This document shows, piece by piece, positions 1-9,475 of a DNA stretch of 64,000 nucleotides; within the stretch, counting starts at the first letter, position 1; every line of letters begins with the position of its first letter. Under the pieces are notes generated by a model. It ran no database searches. It was not told the DNA's origin and saw nothing but the letters and a program-made list of their open reading frames with translations. Location: NCBI GenBank assembly GCA_963807905.1, contig CAWEEJ010000086.1, forward strand, positions 3,327 to 67,326, read 5' to 3'. This stretch comes from an uncultured Chloroflexia bacterium (lineage in GTDB: Bacteria; Chloroflexota; Anaerolineae; Caldilineales; Caldilineaceae). The position numbers were made by a program, and so were the translations under genes.

Positions 1-34
1 GGATTGGAAGCGCGTCGCAGGCGATCGCCAGGCC

Positions 35-3000
35 ATGATAACGCAGTGGGTTGCTGGCGAGCTGGCGGATGATTCTTTGCCAATGGCCTTCTGGCATCGC
101 TATCTGGATGATCTGCGGCGCGAGCATTATGCCGAAGTCGAGACGCCGCTCAATTCAAAGCTCTATCGTAACGAAAACGATGCCGCGCAATTGGTGTTGG
201 ATCTTGACGCTCAGCCGAGCGTCCTCAGTCAGGTTCTAGCGACCCACAAAGCCGTAATTGTTGCTGCCGAAAAGCGGCAGTGTGATCTGCCCCGACCAAT
301 CTACGAATTCCTCTACGCCGGGCACCAGGATAGCGGCTATGGGGAGACCGACTCCGTGGTCGTGCCCGTGACGGCAGGCGATGAGACGATCGGTCTCTTG
401 CTGCTGGACAACGTATGGTCCAAGGAGCCGCCGCAGCTAGAAGCCCTGCGCTATATCGATACCCTGACCAATCAGGCTGCGGTCTTGTTTCAGAACCGCA
501 TCCAGGACGCCACGCGCATTGAATTGGACGGCTTCAAGCATCAGACGCTAAATCGCATCAGCGATCAGCTTCAGCCCAATTCACTGTCCGAAATCTGTGA
601 CAAAGCCAAGACGATGCTGGCTGCCGATCGCGTGGCAATCTATCCAGTTGAGGCGTTGCACGACGGCCAGTTTCAATATGGGGAGATGACGGCTGCGGGC
701 ATGAGTGATGGTGTTCGGCTACGCAGCAGACGGTGGAACAGCGTCCTCTATCCGCTGGATAGTCGAGTGCTTCTGCAGGAACAGGTGCGCGCTGTCGACA
801 GCACGCAGGGATTGCAGCTGCACCCATACGTGCTCGAGAACAACGTGCGTGCCATGATGATCGTGCCCGTCGTGGGTGGTGTGACAGGCTCGGTACGCGC
901 TGTGATGTACGTGGATTATCGACAAGAGCGCACCTTTACGCTTCAAGAGATGCAATTGGCCCGCGAGTTTGCGGCCCTGGCTGCGACCGTCTTGCGCCAA
1001 TATCGACAGATGGACGCCAAGAGTCGGCGTGAGCATGAGTTGGAAAAATCGGCCAGAATCTTCAGCCGTTTGCTTCAGCGTTCTTCGCAACAGCGGTTGC
1101 GCTCGGTCCAGGATATCGTGCGCCTGGTTCTGGCGGAGACCGCAGGGCTGCTCAACCAGGACAAAGTTTCGCTCATGTTGGCACTGCGCGAATGGCAACG
1201 AAATGAGACCGACAAGGTTTATGAAGTGCGCAAAGAGTTCGTGCTGCACGGTGAAGGTGTGAAGATTGATCATGTTGAGACCGATGTCGGCAAAGGGGTG
1301 CGCGGTCGCGTATTGGAAGAGGGGGACTGGATCTACATTGACGATGTAGAGAAATTAGCACCCGATTTGGAGGGAATCTATCATCCTACCGCGCCGATGC
1401 TCGTTCCAAGATTTACGTGCCGATTCCAGGCGAGGAGGGCGAGTCGCCGCTGGGAATTCTCGTGGCGGAATCGCCCGACGTGGACGCGTTTTCCGCGGTC
1501 CAGCGCGACACGATGCTGCGCATCGCCACGGCCGCGGGCATGGTCATCCACCACCTGCGCCGCCAGGTTTGGATGAGCGATATCCTGGATGCCGTCAGCC
1601 AGATTTCGTTGCCGACCGATCTGGGCGAAACACTCGGTCAGATTGGGAGAGTGATTCATCGGGCTATGCCGGAAGTCGACATCGTGACCATCTGGCAGCG
1701 GAAGGCGGAGGCCGATCCCGAAACGCTGGTCTGCGGTTTGGCGACCGGCTCAGCCCACGGGATGGAAGAGGGGCGCGAGCTTCTGGCATCGCGGCGGCCG
1801 ATTATCGCCGGCGTTCTGCATGGAACTGATTCAGGCATTTACGTTGATGACACCAGCGTGCTAAATCAGCGGCCTGATTCCTTTTCGGAGCGGTATGGCG
1901 TGCATGCCTACGCAGCGCAGAAGATTATGATCGATGCGGATGTCTTTGGCCTGCTCTTTCTCAGTTACTGTCATCCCCATACCTTCTCCAATGACGAACG
2001 GACCTTCTTGCCCATACTGGCCTCGACCATTGCTGCGGCCATTAATGACGCACGGCGTCTGGACGCGATCCAGGCTGAGCGCGAGCGGGTCGATCGGCAG
2101 AAGCAGCGTTTCGCGGGCGCATTGGACATCACCCGCGCCGTTGGCGGGTCACTGGACGTGGATGAGATCATCGCCAACATCTTGGACATGCTAAACGGGC
2201 GCGACTATTTCCCCGATACGACACCGGCGATCCTGCTCTACGATGAATACGAGGGCGTGCTGGAATTCACGCCCAGCTCGCTGGCTTGTTATGAGATCAC
2301 AAATCCTCTCTATGAAGATCTTTCCTTCATCGAGCTGAATGGCCCTTCGCTCGTTGCAGCAACAGCCCGCAGCGCGCTGCATACCGGAAAAAAACAGGTC
2401 CTCTATGTCAAGGACGTGAGCGATCATCCCGCAGATTATCTGCCTCTGCGGATAGAGACACGGTCGCAGTTGACGGTGGCGCTTTTCAATCCGGAGAAGC
2501 GGAAGTTGGTCGGCGCCTTCTTGCTGGAGAGCACACGACCTGATGCATTTGATACAGATGCCCGAGCCATGGCCGAACTGGTTGCCACCGATGTGCGTAT
2601 TGCAGTCGAACGCGGGTGGGAGACGGAAGATTCGGCCAAGTCGAAGATGATCACGACAGCCTATGCAGGCGGTTCGCGAATCGCTCATGAATTGCGTCAG
2701 GAAATATCCGTGATCGCAACGAGTTGTCACCTCTTGGGTAAGGTCGTTCCAGAGGAAACGCAACCCCACCTGGCAAAGATCAAGCTAAGCATTGACCGCC
2801 TTGAGAGTTATGCTACTTTTGCTGGAGAGTATTCGGATCGGGCGCAGATCAATTTGTGCGTCAAACTGCAGGAGTGGCTCTCCAGCGCCATTCAACAGCA
2901 TTCCGCAGCCAGTAACGGAGATCCAATTCAGGGCACGGTCATTTGTCCGGCGGAGATCACGTTAGAGACGTTGCCCAAACGACTCGGTGAGGTTCTTGAG

Positions 3001-3360
3001 CATCTGATCAGAAATTCTTGCGAAGCGTTTGAGGACATGGACGAATCGCGCGAGATAAGGCTCACTGCCGGACACAGTGCAGGCGCCTCCACCGTCGAAA
3101 TTGTCTACGAAGACAGTGGGCCAGGCGTGCCGGAGGAGATGGAGCGGCGCCTGTTCCAGACGCGTCGGGGTGAGCAATCTCGAGAGGGTCGGGGCAACGG
3201 TTTGCTCTTTGCCGAGAATATAGTAAAGCATGATTTGAAGGGAACCATTCACTATGTACGGCGAGTGCGCGACGGTCGGACGCGAGGGAGCAAATTTGTC
3301 CTTCGTCTTCCCTTGTCGATTCCCACCGATGGCATGCAAACCAATGGAGGCGGACGATGA
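35..3360 (+). pseudogene. Multi-GAF sensor histidine kinase with one frame break (ORF segments 35..1576 and 1417..3360)
   Basis: Several GAF-like blocks (GDETIGLLLLDN; MMIVPVVGG..AVMYVDY; PLGILVAES; DADVFGLLFLSY; KLVGAFLLES), H-box IAHELRQE, and an HATPase_c-like end (GRGNGLLFAENIV). Frame 2 reads ..DWIYIDDVEKLAPDLEGIYHPTA. Frame 1 (open from 1342) continues DARSKIYVPIPGEEGESPLGILVAES. The span of 3326 nt is 3n+2. The frame is also open back to position 2, so the 5' end may lie outside the window. Confidence 0.75.
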
Positions 3361-4997
3361 ACAAACAGCAGCCGGCAGAACGAAAAATTCGTGTGCTGGT
3401 GGTGGAGAATAATGTGCACTTACGCGGCGCATACGCTGACCTTATCCGCGATTTTGGCTATGAGCCGGTAGTTGCTGAGGGGCAGGGCACGTTGCTGGCA
3501 GCAGATGCTCGGCATAAGGCTAAGCAAGAGCAATGCCATCTGGCTGTGGTCGACATCCGCCTGGATGAGTCGGTGGGCGGCTATGAGATCGGCGAGCGTG
3601 GGCTTGATATCATTCAAGCCATTCGACCGACAGAATCTATTGTGGTGACGGGATATCAAGAGTTTCGTACAATCAAACGCGCTTATCAGCGCGAACAGGT
3701 GTCGGAAGTCATTCAGAAGGGCGCGATGATGCCTGACGAGTTGTGTCATGCCCTTGCCGCGTTGCGCGATAAGCAGTGGCCCTACGTTGACATTGGCCCC
3801 GATGACCTCATGGCGCTGATTGCCCGGCAACAGAGTCAGCCCCAACGGCCGGTTTCGCCAGGCGAGGTGCGTGATCTGCTCATGCGCGTCTTTGCCGGCG
3901 AGGGAACTGTACAATATACGCCGATCACTAATCTTTGGAAATCTCCCGTGACCAAGGCTGGTATGCGTCTGCGTTCCGTCGTGCTTTGGGCCCGGCCGTT
4001 TGGGAAAAACCCCTGCGTCGTGAAGATTGCGCTAAAGCATCGAGCCGAGCGCGAAAAACGAAATTATGACGAGCATGTGCGTCAAAAACTTGGGGGCAAC
4101 AACTATCTCAACATGGAAGCCGTTGACTTTCTTTGGAATCTCGGCGCATCGGTCTATCGCATGCATGGTGTTGGCGAAAAATCAACCACCTTCTTTGCAC
4201 ACTATGCTGGACAGACCGCTGGCGCAATCGTGCAATCGCTCAGCCACTTTTTCAGCACGATATGGTTATCCCACTACCAAACATGCCAGCCGTTGGCCCA
4301 TGACACACTCTTTGAATGCTATGATAATCTTTGGCTTAGCGATGGTGCTGAGAAGGGTGTGCTACATCTTGCGGCGGACCGATATCGTACTTTGCCGATG
4401 CCCGATACGGTGAAGGCCCTTGTGAACAACGCTCCTCATCCTTTTCACTGGCTGCAGAGGATGTCGACTGGGGGGGAAGACAAATTGCTTGATGGAGTCG
4501 GCCTTCAGCAATGTGTGGTCCATGGCGACCTCCACGGCGACAACTTGCTGGTCGATGATAACATGCACGTCTGGCCTATCGATTACGAGCGTACGAGCCA
4601 TAGTCACGTGCTGACTGACTTCGTGGAATTGGAGCATGACATCATCACACGACTGACGAATGGCGATGATCTTGTGGCCTTCTGTGCGTTCTTGCGTACG
4701 TTGCTTGCACCGAGCACGTTGGAAACCGTGGCGGCGGCTGATGAGGCTGTCGTGTCACTCGATCCGCAACTACAGAAGAGCTATGAGGTTGTGCGAGAGA
4801 TTCGCCGTATGGCTGGCGATCTGAAGCTGCTGCATGATTTTCGCGAATACTATTTGGGCGTGCTCTTTAACGCTATTTTCGTCATGCACACGCTGATTGA
4901 AGACCAGAAGGAGACGACCGAGCGCTTCCGGCGCGTCTACCTGCTGGCCAGCCTCATCTGTGCCCGACTTGATACTTGGGAACCCACGGATCACTGA
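3357..4997 (+). CDS. Response-regulator receiver domain fused to an APH-fold (aminoglycoside phosphotransferase/choline-kinase-like) kinase domain
   Basis: N-terminal REC pattern (RVLVVENNVHLRG, acceptor-like VVDIRLDE, SIVVTGY). C-terminal HGDLHGDNLLV catalytic loop and PIDYE metal-binding motif. The start ATG overlaps the kinase stop (ATGA at 3357-3360). Confidence 0.7.
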   Translation: MNKQQPAERKIRVLVVENNVHLRGAYADLIRDFGYEPVVAEGQGTLLAADARHKAKQEQCHLAVVDIRLDESVGGYEIGERGLDIIQAIRPTESIVVTGYQEFRTIKRAYQREQVSEVIQKGAMMPDELCHALAALRDKQWPYVDIGPDDLMALIARQQSQPQRPVSPGEVRDLLMRVFAGEGTVQYTPITNLWKSPVTKAGMRLRSVVLWARPFGKNPCVVKIALKHRAEREKRNYDEHVRQKLGGNNYLNMEAVDFLWNLGASVYRMHGVGEKSTTFFAHYAGQTAGAIVQSLSHFFSTIWLSHYQTCQPLAHDTLFECYDNLWLSDGAEKGVLHLAADRYRTLPMPDTVKALVNNAPHPFHWLQRMSTGGEDKLLDGVGLQQCVVHGDLHGDNLLVDDNMHVWPIDYERTSHSHVLTDFVELEHDIITRLTNGDDLVAFCAFLRTLLAPSTLETVAAADEAVVSLDPQLQKSYEVVREIRRMAGDLKLLHDFREYYLGVLFNAIFVMHTLIEDQKETTERFRRVYLLASLICARLDTWEPTDH

Positions 4998-5127
4998 GTC
5001 GCCCACCGGCGCCTTGGCGGCAGACCGCTGGAGAAACCGATATGCTAGGCTCTGTTGAGACGCTTCAAAAGCCGCCGACTTTGCGTCTGGCACGTCCCCG
5101 GCACGAGCGCCAACAAGTATGCTAATC

Positions 5128-6138
5128 GGGCCTTATGCTAGTTGGGGAAAGCCAGGGCCTTGATTTGCAGGAAGTCCGGCTTGCCCAAGAGACGGTTGAT
5201 ATAGATACAAAGGGTATGCGCAGTGAGTTTGGTATATAGCCGTGCGCAGAGTCCCCAGAAAGAGTGTGCATGATTGGTCTCAATATTGAACTGTTCGGTC
5301 AGTTGTCCATGGACGGTTTCAATGATTTGGCGTACAGAATTGTAGAGCCGCTTGAGTGAGCGTGGGATCTGTTTTTTCTGATTGCTTCTTGGCAAAGTTC
5401 GCAGGCGAATGCGATTGGTCTGCCACAGATCATCAGTTTTGGCGGCGCTGATATAGGCTTTGTCGCCAATTACCTCAAGATCAGCATGCTCTGAGAGCAG
5501 TTCGAGGCCAATATGGAGATCGGCAGCACTTGCGGGTGCCAATTCGAAGTCCAGAATCAAGCCGTTCATGGTGACAAGCAGGTGTAGTTTGTAGCCAAAG
5601 ATGGTCATTTTCTTGCTCGACACCTTGCCAAAATCAGCGCCATGGGCGGGCCAATCGCCAGTTGACGTCGGCACCAGATGAAATTGCACGGCTGGAATCG
5701 GCAGGCTATCGATGACACAGTGCTGGTCTTGGGCCAAATCCAACTGTTGCAGGAGAATGCGCCGGATCAGATTCATGACGTACATCAAATTGCGACGTCG
5801 CCGGTTGAACCGACTCTGCTCAGGCAACCCCGGAAAGAGGTCATCATGGGCAGCCATATTGCTCAGCAAATCTGTTTCTACATCCCACCCTTTGCACTCA
5901 CCGATGAGACAGATGGCGATCAGTTCGCTATCACTGAATACAGGTGCCGGTCCTGGTCGCCGCAATACCGGCGCAAGCTCTTGCATGATGTCATCAACAA
6001 TCACGTAAACGTACAAGCAAAAGTCGGAAAAATCGGTTATCATGTTGCCATCCTTCGGTGTTGATCTTCGATGGTTGGTCCCATCTTTGATCTATCACAC
6101 CGAAGGATTCTTTTCAACTGCTATCTAGCATAAGGCCC
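5128..6138 (-). mobile_element. IS982-family insertion sequence, about 1.0 kb
   Basis: Single DDE transposase ORF. Terminal inverted repeats GGGCCTTATGCTAG (5128-5141) and CTAGCATAAGGCCC (6125-6138). Flanking direct repeat CTAATCGG at 5122-5129 and 6138-6145; the exact IR/TSD boundary is ambiguous by 1-2 nt. Confidence 0.7.
5138..6043 (-). CDS. IS982-family DDE transposase
   Basis: 301-aa ORF with an N-terminus (MITDFSDFCLYVYVIVDD..) and length typical of IS982 transposases as I recall the family. Lies between the inverted repeats; the stop codon sits inside the left IR. Confidence 0.8.
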   Translation of the reverse strand: MITDFSDFCLYVYVIVDDIMQELAPVLRRPGPAPVFSDSELIAICLIGECKGWDVETDLLSNMAAHDDLFPGLPEQSRFNRRRRNLMYVMNLIRRILLQQLDLAQDQHCVIDSLPIPAVQFHLVPTSTGDWPAHGADFGKVSSKKMTIFGYKLHLLVTMNGLILDFELAPASAADLHIGLELLSEHADLEVIGDKAYISAAKTDDLWQTNRIRLRTLPRSNQKKQIPRSLKRLYNSVRQIIETVHGQLTEQFNIETNHAHSFWGLCARLYTKLTAHTLCIYINRLLGKPDFLQIKALAFPN

Positions 6139-6251
6139 TAATCGGATATTCTGCCGTCCGTGCCGGGGACGTTTCGACCAACTGTCAACGAAACCTGGTA
6201 CGCTAGCGCGCTCTCGACTAGTCGCCACAATCGCTGCAATAGGAAATCGCT

Positions 6252-7598
6252 ATGCTCGAAATCGGTCCTGAACATCCGTTGACCTATCGTCAAGAATTGC
6301 TGGAACCTCTATTTCAGCGCGTGCGCGCGTCAGAATCGGCGGCTGTGGTCGGCGCGGCCAGCATGGGCAAATCGCGTCTGCTGCAGTTTCTGTTGCAGCC
6401 GCAGGTGCAGCGACATTACCTCGGCGAACAGAGCGATGAAACGTTGCTGCTCTGGACGGACTGTAACCGCCTGACGGAGGTTACACCATGGGCGCTCTAT
6501 GAGCTGATATTGACTGCACTCGTCGAGGCGGTGCGGGGGCATGGGCGGCCGCCGGAACTGGGGAGAGAACTAAACGATCTGCGTCGGGATGCTATTCTGG
6601 GCAAGAACGCGCTGCTGGCTCAACGTCACCTGGAGCTGGCCATACAGTTACTTTGCCAGGAACATGGGCTGTCCCTGTGCTTTGTACTCGACGAATTCGA
6701 TGAATGCCTCAGCGACTTGCCCAGCCAGACGCTGGCCAGCCTGCGCGCTCTGCGCGACGCCAACAAATATCAACTCAGTTACGTGCTCTTCATTCGCGAT
6801 CTGCCCGCTCAATTGCGCGACCCGCTGGATTATGAAGGCTTTTATGAGCTTTTCTCACGCGCTATCCTTGGCCTCAAACCCTATAGTGCTGACGACGCTC
6901 TGCGCACGTTGGCCCAAGTGGCGACACGTCGCCGGCATGAGCTACCTACCCAAACTGAGTCAGTTTTTGCCGAACTCGTGCGCCTGAGCGGCGGCCATCC
7001 CGGCCTAATGGTGGCACTGCTCGACGCCTTGACTCACTCTTGGCCCACAGGCCAGTCGTGGGAGGAGTGGGCGCTTGCTGAGCCAAGCGTTAGCGAAGAG
7101 CTGCGGAAGCTGTGGATGGGGTTGCGTCCGACGGAGCGCAAAGGACTCAACCAGACGGCTCATCAGCAGGTGATCGATTTCCGCGTACGCCAGGGCCTGT
7201 TGATCAAGGGCCTGCTTGTGGAGACTGGGTCCCGGACAGTCGCTTTCTTTTCGCCTCTCTTGGCCACTTTCGCCGAGCAAAATGCCCCCCTGGCCACCCA
7301 GCCGCTTCAGATCGACCGCGGGACAGGGCTGGTCTTCGTCAACGGCGAGCAGACTCCCCGCCTGACGTCCAAAGAATTCGATCTCCTGATCTTTCTGGAC
7401 GATCATCGGGGCGAAATTTGCGCCAAGAATGACATCCTGGAGGGGCTCTACGGGCTGGACCCCAGCGGCGTGGAGATCAGCACGGTTACGACGCAGGTGG
7501 CTCGCTTGCGTAAGAAGATTGAGCCCAACCCCAGGCAGCCGATCTACCTCGTCACCCAGCGTGGTCGAGGCTATTCTCTCTTTGTCGAGCCGGTCTGA
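6252..7598 (+). CDS. P-loop (AAA/STAND-like) ATPase fused to a C-terminal OmpR/PhoB-type winged-helix DNA-binding domain
   Basis: Walker A GAASMGKS, Walker B-like CFVLDEFDE. C-terminal trans_reg_C pattern (LTSKEFDLLIFL..., VARLRKKIEPNP..IYLVTQRGRGYSLF). No receiver domain. Confidence 0.7.
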   Translation: MLEIGPEHPLTYRQELLEPLFQRVRASESAAVVGAASMGKSRLLQFLLQPQVQRHYLGEQSDETLLLWTDCNRLTEVTPWALYELILTALVEAVRGHGRPPELGRELNDLRRDAILGKNALLAQRHLELAIQLLCQEHGLSLCFVLDEFDECLSDLPSQTLASLRALRDANKYQLSYVLFIRDLPAQLRDPLDYEGFYELFSRAILGLKPYSADDALRTLAQVATRRRHELPTQTESVFAELVRLSGGHPGLMVALLDALTHSWPTGQSWEEWALAEPSVSEELRKLWMGLRPTERKGLNQTAHQQVIDFRVRQGLLIKGLLVETGSRTVAFFSPLLATFAEQNAPLATQPLQIDRGTGLVFVNGEQTPRLTSKEFDLLIFLDDHRGEICAKNDILEGLYGLDPSGVEISTVTTQVARLRKKIEPNPRQPIYLVTQRGRGYSLFVEPV

Positions 7599-7664
7599 GC
7601 ATGGATCGACGGCGTGGCTGAAGGTTGTAAGGAAGCGTATCCGAGAGAGGGGGCTGGCCGGTGC

Positions 7665-7708
7665 AAAAAAAGGCGGACGTCCGCACTTCGAGGACGTCCG
7701 CCTTTTTT
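7665..7708. terminator. Bidirectional intrinsic terminator
   Basis: A-tract, GGCGGACGTCC (7672-7682), 9-nt loop, GGACGTCCGCC (7692-7702), then a T-tract. Lies between convergent genes. Confidence 0.8.
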
Positions 7709-7855
7709 GATACTGCCCGGCCAGATAGCTCTATGGATAACACAACCGGGAATCAGCTACGCCTCCCCGTCCCAGAGGAAGTGGCGGGGACTGAGTAACG
7801 GGTCGACCCCAGCATGAGGACCATTTACGCCGTTATGATGCAGTCGAATGGACCG

Positions 7856-8443
7856 TCAACTCTTGGTGACCTCATAGTCACTTGTGCGGAACCATGGGAC
7901 GCCAATTGCCGGCAGCAGCCAGCGATCGAGGCCATACCAGCCTGCAACCTTCCACGCCAGCATCAGCACGATGGCCAGCAGGAAGAGCATGCCGTTGGTG
8001 CTGGCAGTACCCGCCATGATGAAGTTCCAGTTCATGAAACCGCCCAGGAAAGCTGCGATGCCGGTAAACGCGCCCAGGATCAATAGCGTGCCGATGATGA
8101 TTTCACCAAAGACGACGAGCTTTGCGAACCAGGTGTACGAGCCTGAATCCAGCAAGAACTGAATAAAGGATCGATACCAATCGTACGAAATGGGCGGACG
8201 TCCCTGCTCCGGCACTTGCACGGCGTTGGTCCAGAAGCCCTTGAGCGCTTCGCCGCCATCCATCCAGGCCGGATTGCCGAGCTTGCCCCAACCGGAATCG
8301 AGCCATTGCCAACCGAGGAAGAGGCGAACGATCAGCCACAGCCAGGCAAAGCGTACGCTGCTGAAGAGCGCGCGGGCAATCGGCGGATCGGGAATGATGA
8401 TCTGGCCGCCGTCACTTACAATATCTTTACTGCTCATCATCAA
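7856..8443 (-). CDS. DoxX/DoxD-like membrane protein
   Basis: 195 aa with about 4 TM segments. The N-terminal LFLGWQWLDSGWGKL pattern resembles the DoxX family. GAAGGAG RBS upstream. Confidence 0.5.
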   Translation of the reverse strand: MMMSSKDIVSDGGQIIIPDPPIARALFSSVRFAWLWLIVRLFLGWQWLDSGWGKLGNPAWMDGGEALKGFWTNAVQVPEQGRPPISYDWYRSFIQFLLDSGSYTWFAKLVVFGEIIIGTLLILGAFTGIAAFLGGFMNWNFIMAGTASTNGMLFLLAIVLMLAWKVAGWYGLDRWLLPAIGVPWFRTSDYEVTKS

Positions 8444-8552
8444 ACTCCTTCAACTATCAGGGAAGAACTAGGTAGGTTGAAGGTTAAATTATTTCATATT
8501 GAATGAAGTTTTGCAAGATTGGCGCCGTTTCGCCGCTTCGTTGACGGTGACG

Positions 8553-8607
8553 CAAACAAAAATTGAAGCGCGAAGGCTGGACTGTTTCGCCATCCTCCAC
8601 GCTTCAA
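8553..8607 (-). terminator. Possible intrinsic terminator after the PA14 gene
   Basis: 9-bp stem ATTGAAGCG/CGCTTCAAT (8562-8570 / 8599-8607) followed on the minus strand by TTTTTGTTTG. The loop is long (28 nt), so confidence is modest. Confidence 0.4.
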
Positions 8608-8660
8608 TCTTCGGATACAATCGGTCGGATTACTCCCCGGACCACGCCGGAGTTATTGCC

Positions 8661-9431
8661 CTAATTCGGGAACCAGCCGGCTTCCGTCTTTGAGCACTTG
8701 AAAGCCCTCTCTGTCGGCGGATTGGTGTTGGGATCCGTCACAAAATTCTTGACTTCGTTGGCATTGCAGTTCTCCCAAATCTGGATCTGCGGCTCCATTT
8801 CAATTGAACCGAGATTGGGTGAATCCCAAGCGCCATCCGATTGGAAGCATTTTGATTGATGCAGCCCTTGCTGAATACAGGGCGTGTAGTCCCCATATTT
8901 GGTTTGAACGCTGGACTGTGACGGGTTGGATGGGGGCGGCGGCGTCGTCGGCGTCGTTGGCGTGCCATCCTTGAGGTATTGCCAATCGATGCTCACATAG
9001 GCCGAGCCCGTGAACTCCCGATAGTCGGCCTGGACAAAGCTGTTACCTTCTGCCAAGGGCACATCGACTACAAAGGTTTTGCCCGAGAGGCCGGCGCCTA
9101 TGGAGTCAAAGATCGTAATGCCGTTGACCGTAAGCCTTACTTCGTCATCGGCTAAAATCGTGAAGCGGTAGGTGCCGGAATAGAAGTAGGCATTGGAGGT
9201 CATGAGGGCCGTAAAATTGTCCGCCGGCACGCCAGGGCCAGGCGAACCGGTCCCCCAGTTGAAGTTGATTACATTGGCAAACTGCGTATAGACCGGCGCG
9301 CCGGACCAGTCCGTATTGGCATAGTAATCAACGCGCCATTGATTGCCGCTTTGGGCGGTGGCCGGTTGGGTCGGCAGCAGCAAAGCTACGGCCAGCGCAA
9401 CCACGGCCACCAGGCTCCATAGTCGTTTCAT
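8661..9431 (-). CDS. Secreted PA14-domain protein
   Basis: Signal peptide MKRLWSLVAVVALAVALLL preceded by a GGAGAA RBS; the ORF also opens at 9476. PA14-like block WRVDYYANTDWSGAPV..FNWG..PADNFTA..GTYRF.ILADDEVRLTVNG. Followed by a TPTTPPPPS linker and a Cys-containing tail. Confidence 0.7.
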   Translation of the reverse strand: MKRLWSLVAVVALAVALLLPTQPATAQSGNQWRVDYYANTDWSGAPVYTQFANVINFNWGTGSPGPGVPADNFTALMTSNAYFYSGTYRFTILADDEVRLTVNGITIFDSIGAGLSGKTFVVDVPLAEGNSFVQADYREFTGSAYVSIDWQYLKDGTPTTPTTPPPPSNPSQSSVQTKYGDYTPCIQQGLHQSKCFQSDGAWDSPNLGSIEMEPQIQIWENCNANEVKNFVTDPNTNPPTERAFKCSKTEAGWFPN

Positions 9432-9475
9432 CTTGGGTTTCTCCGCTCGCTGTGCGTTGTTTCGTAGCTGATTCA

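Noticed and set aside
1417-1576. Considered a genuine 160-nt overlap between two separate kinase-related genes.
   Set aside because: The tail of the first ORF is compositionally aberrant, and a single GAF domain is split across the two frames. A frame break in one gene explains the data better.
5678-6064. 128-aa plus-strand ORF inside the IS element.
   Set aside because: It is antisense to the IS982 transposase and shows no independent signal.
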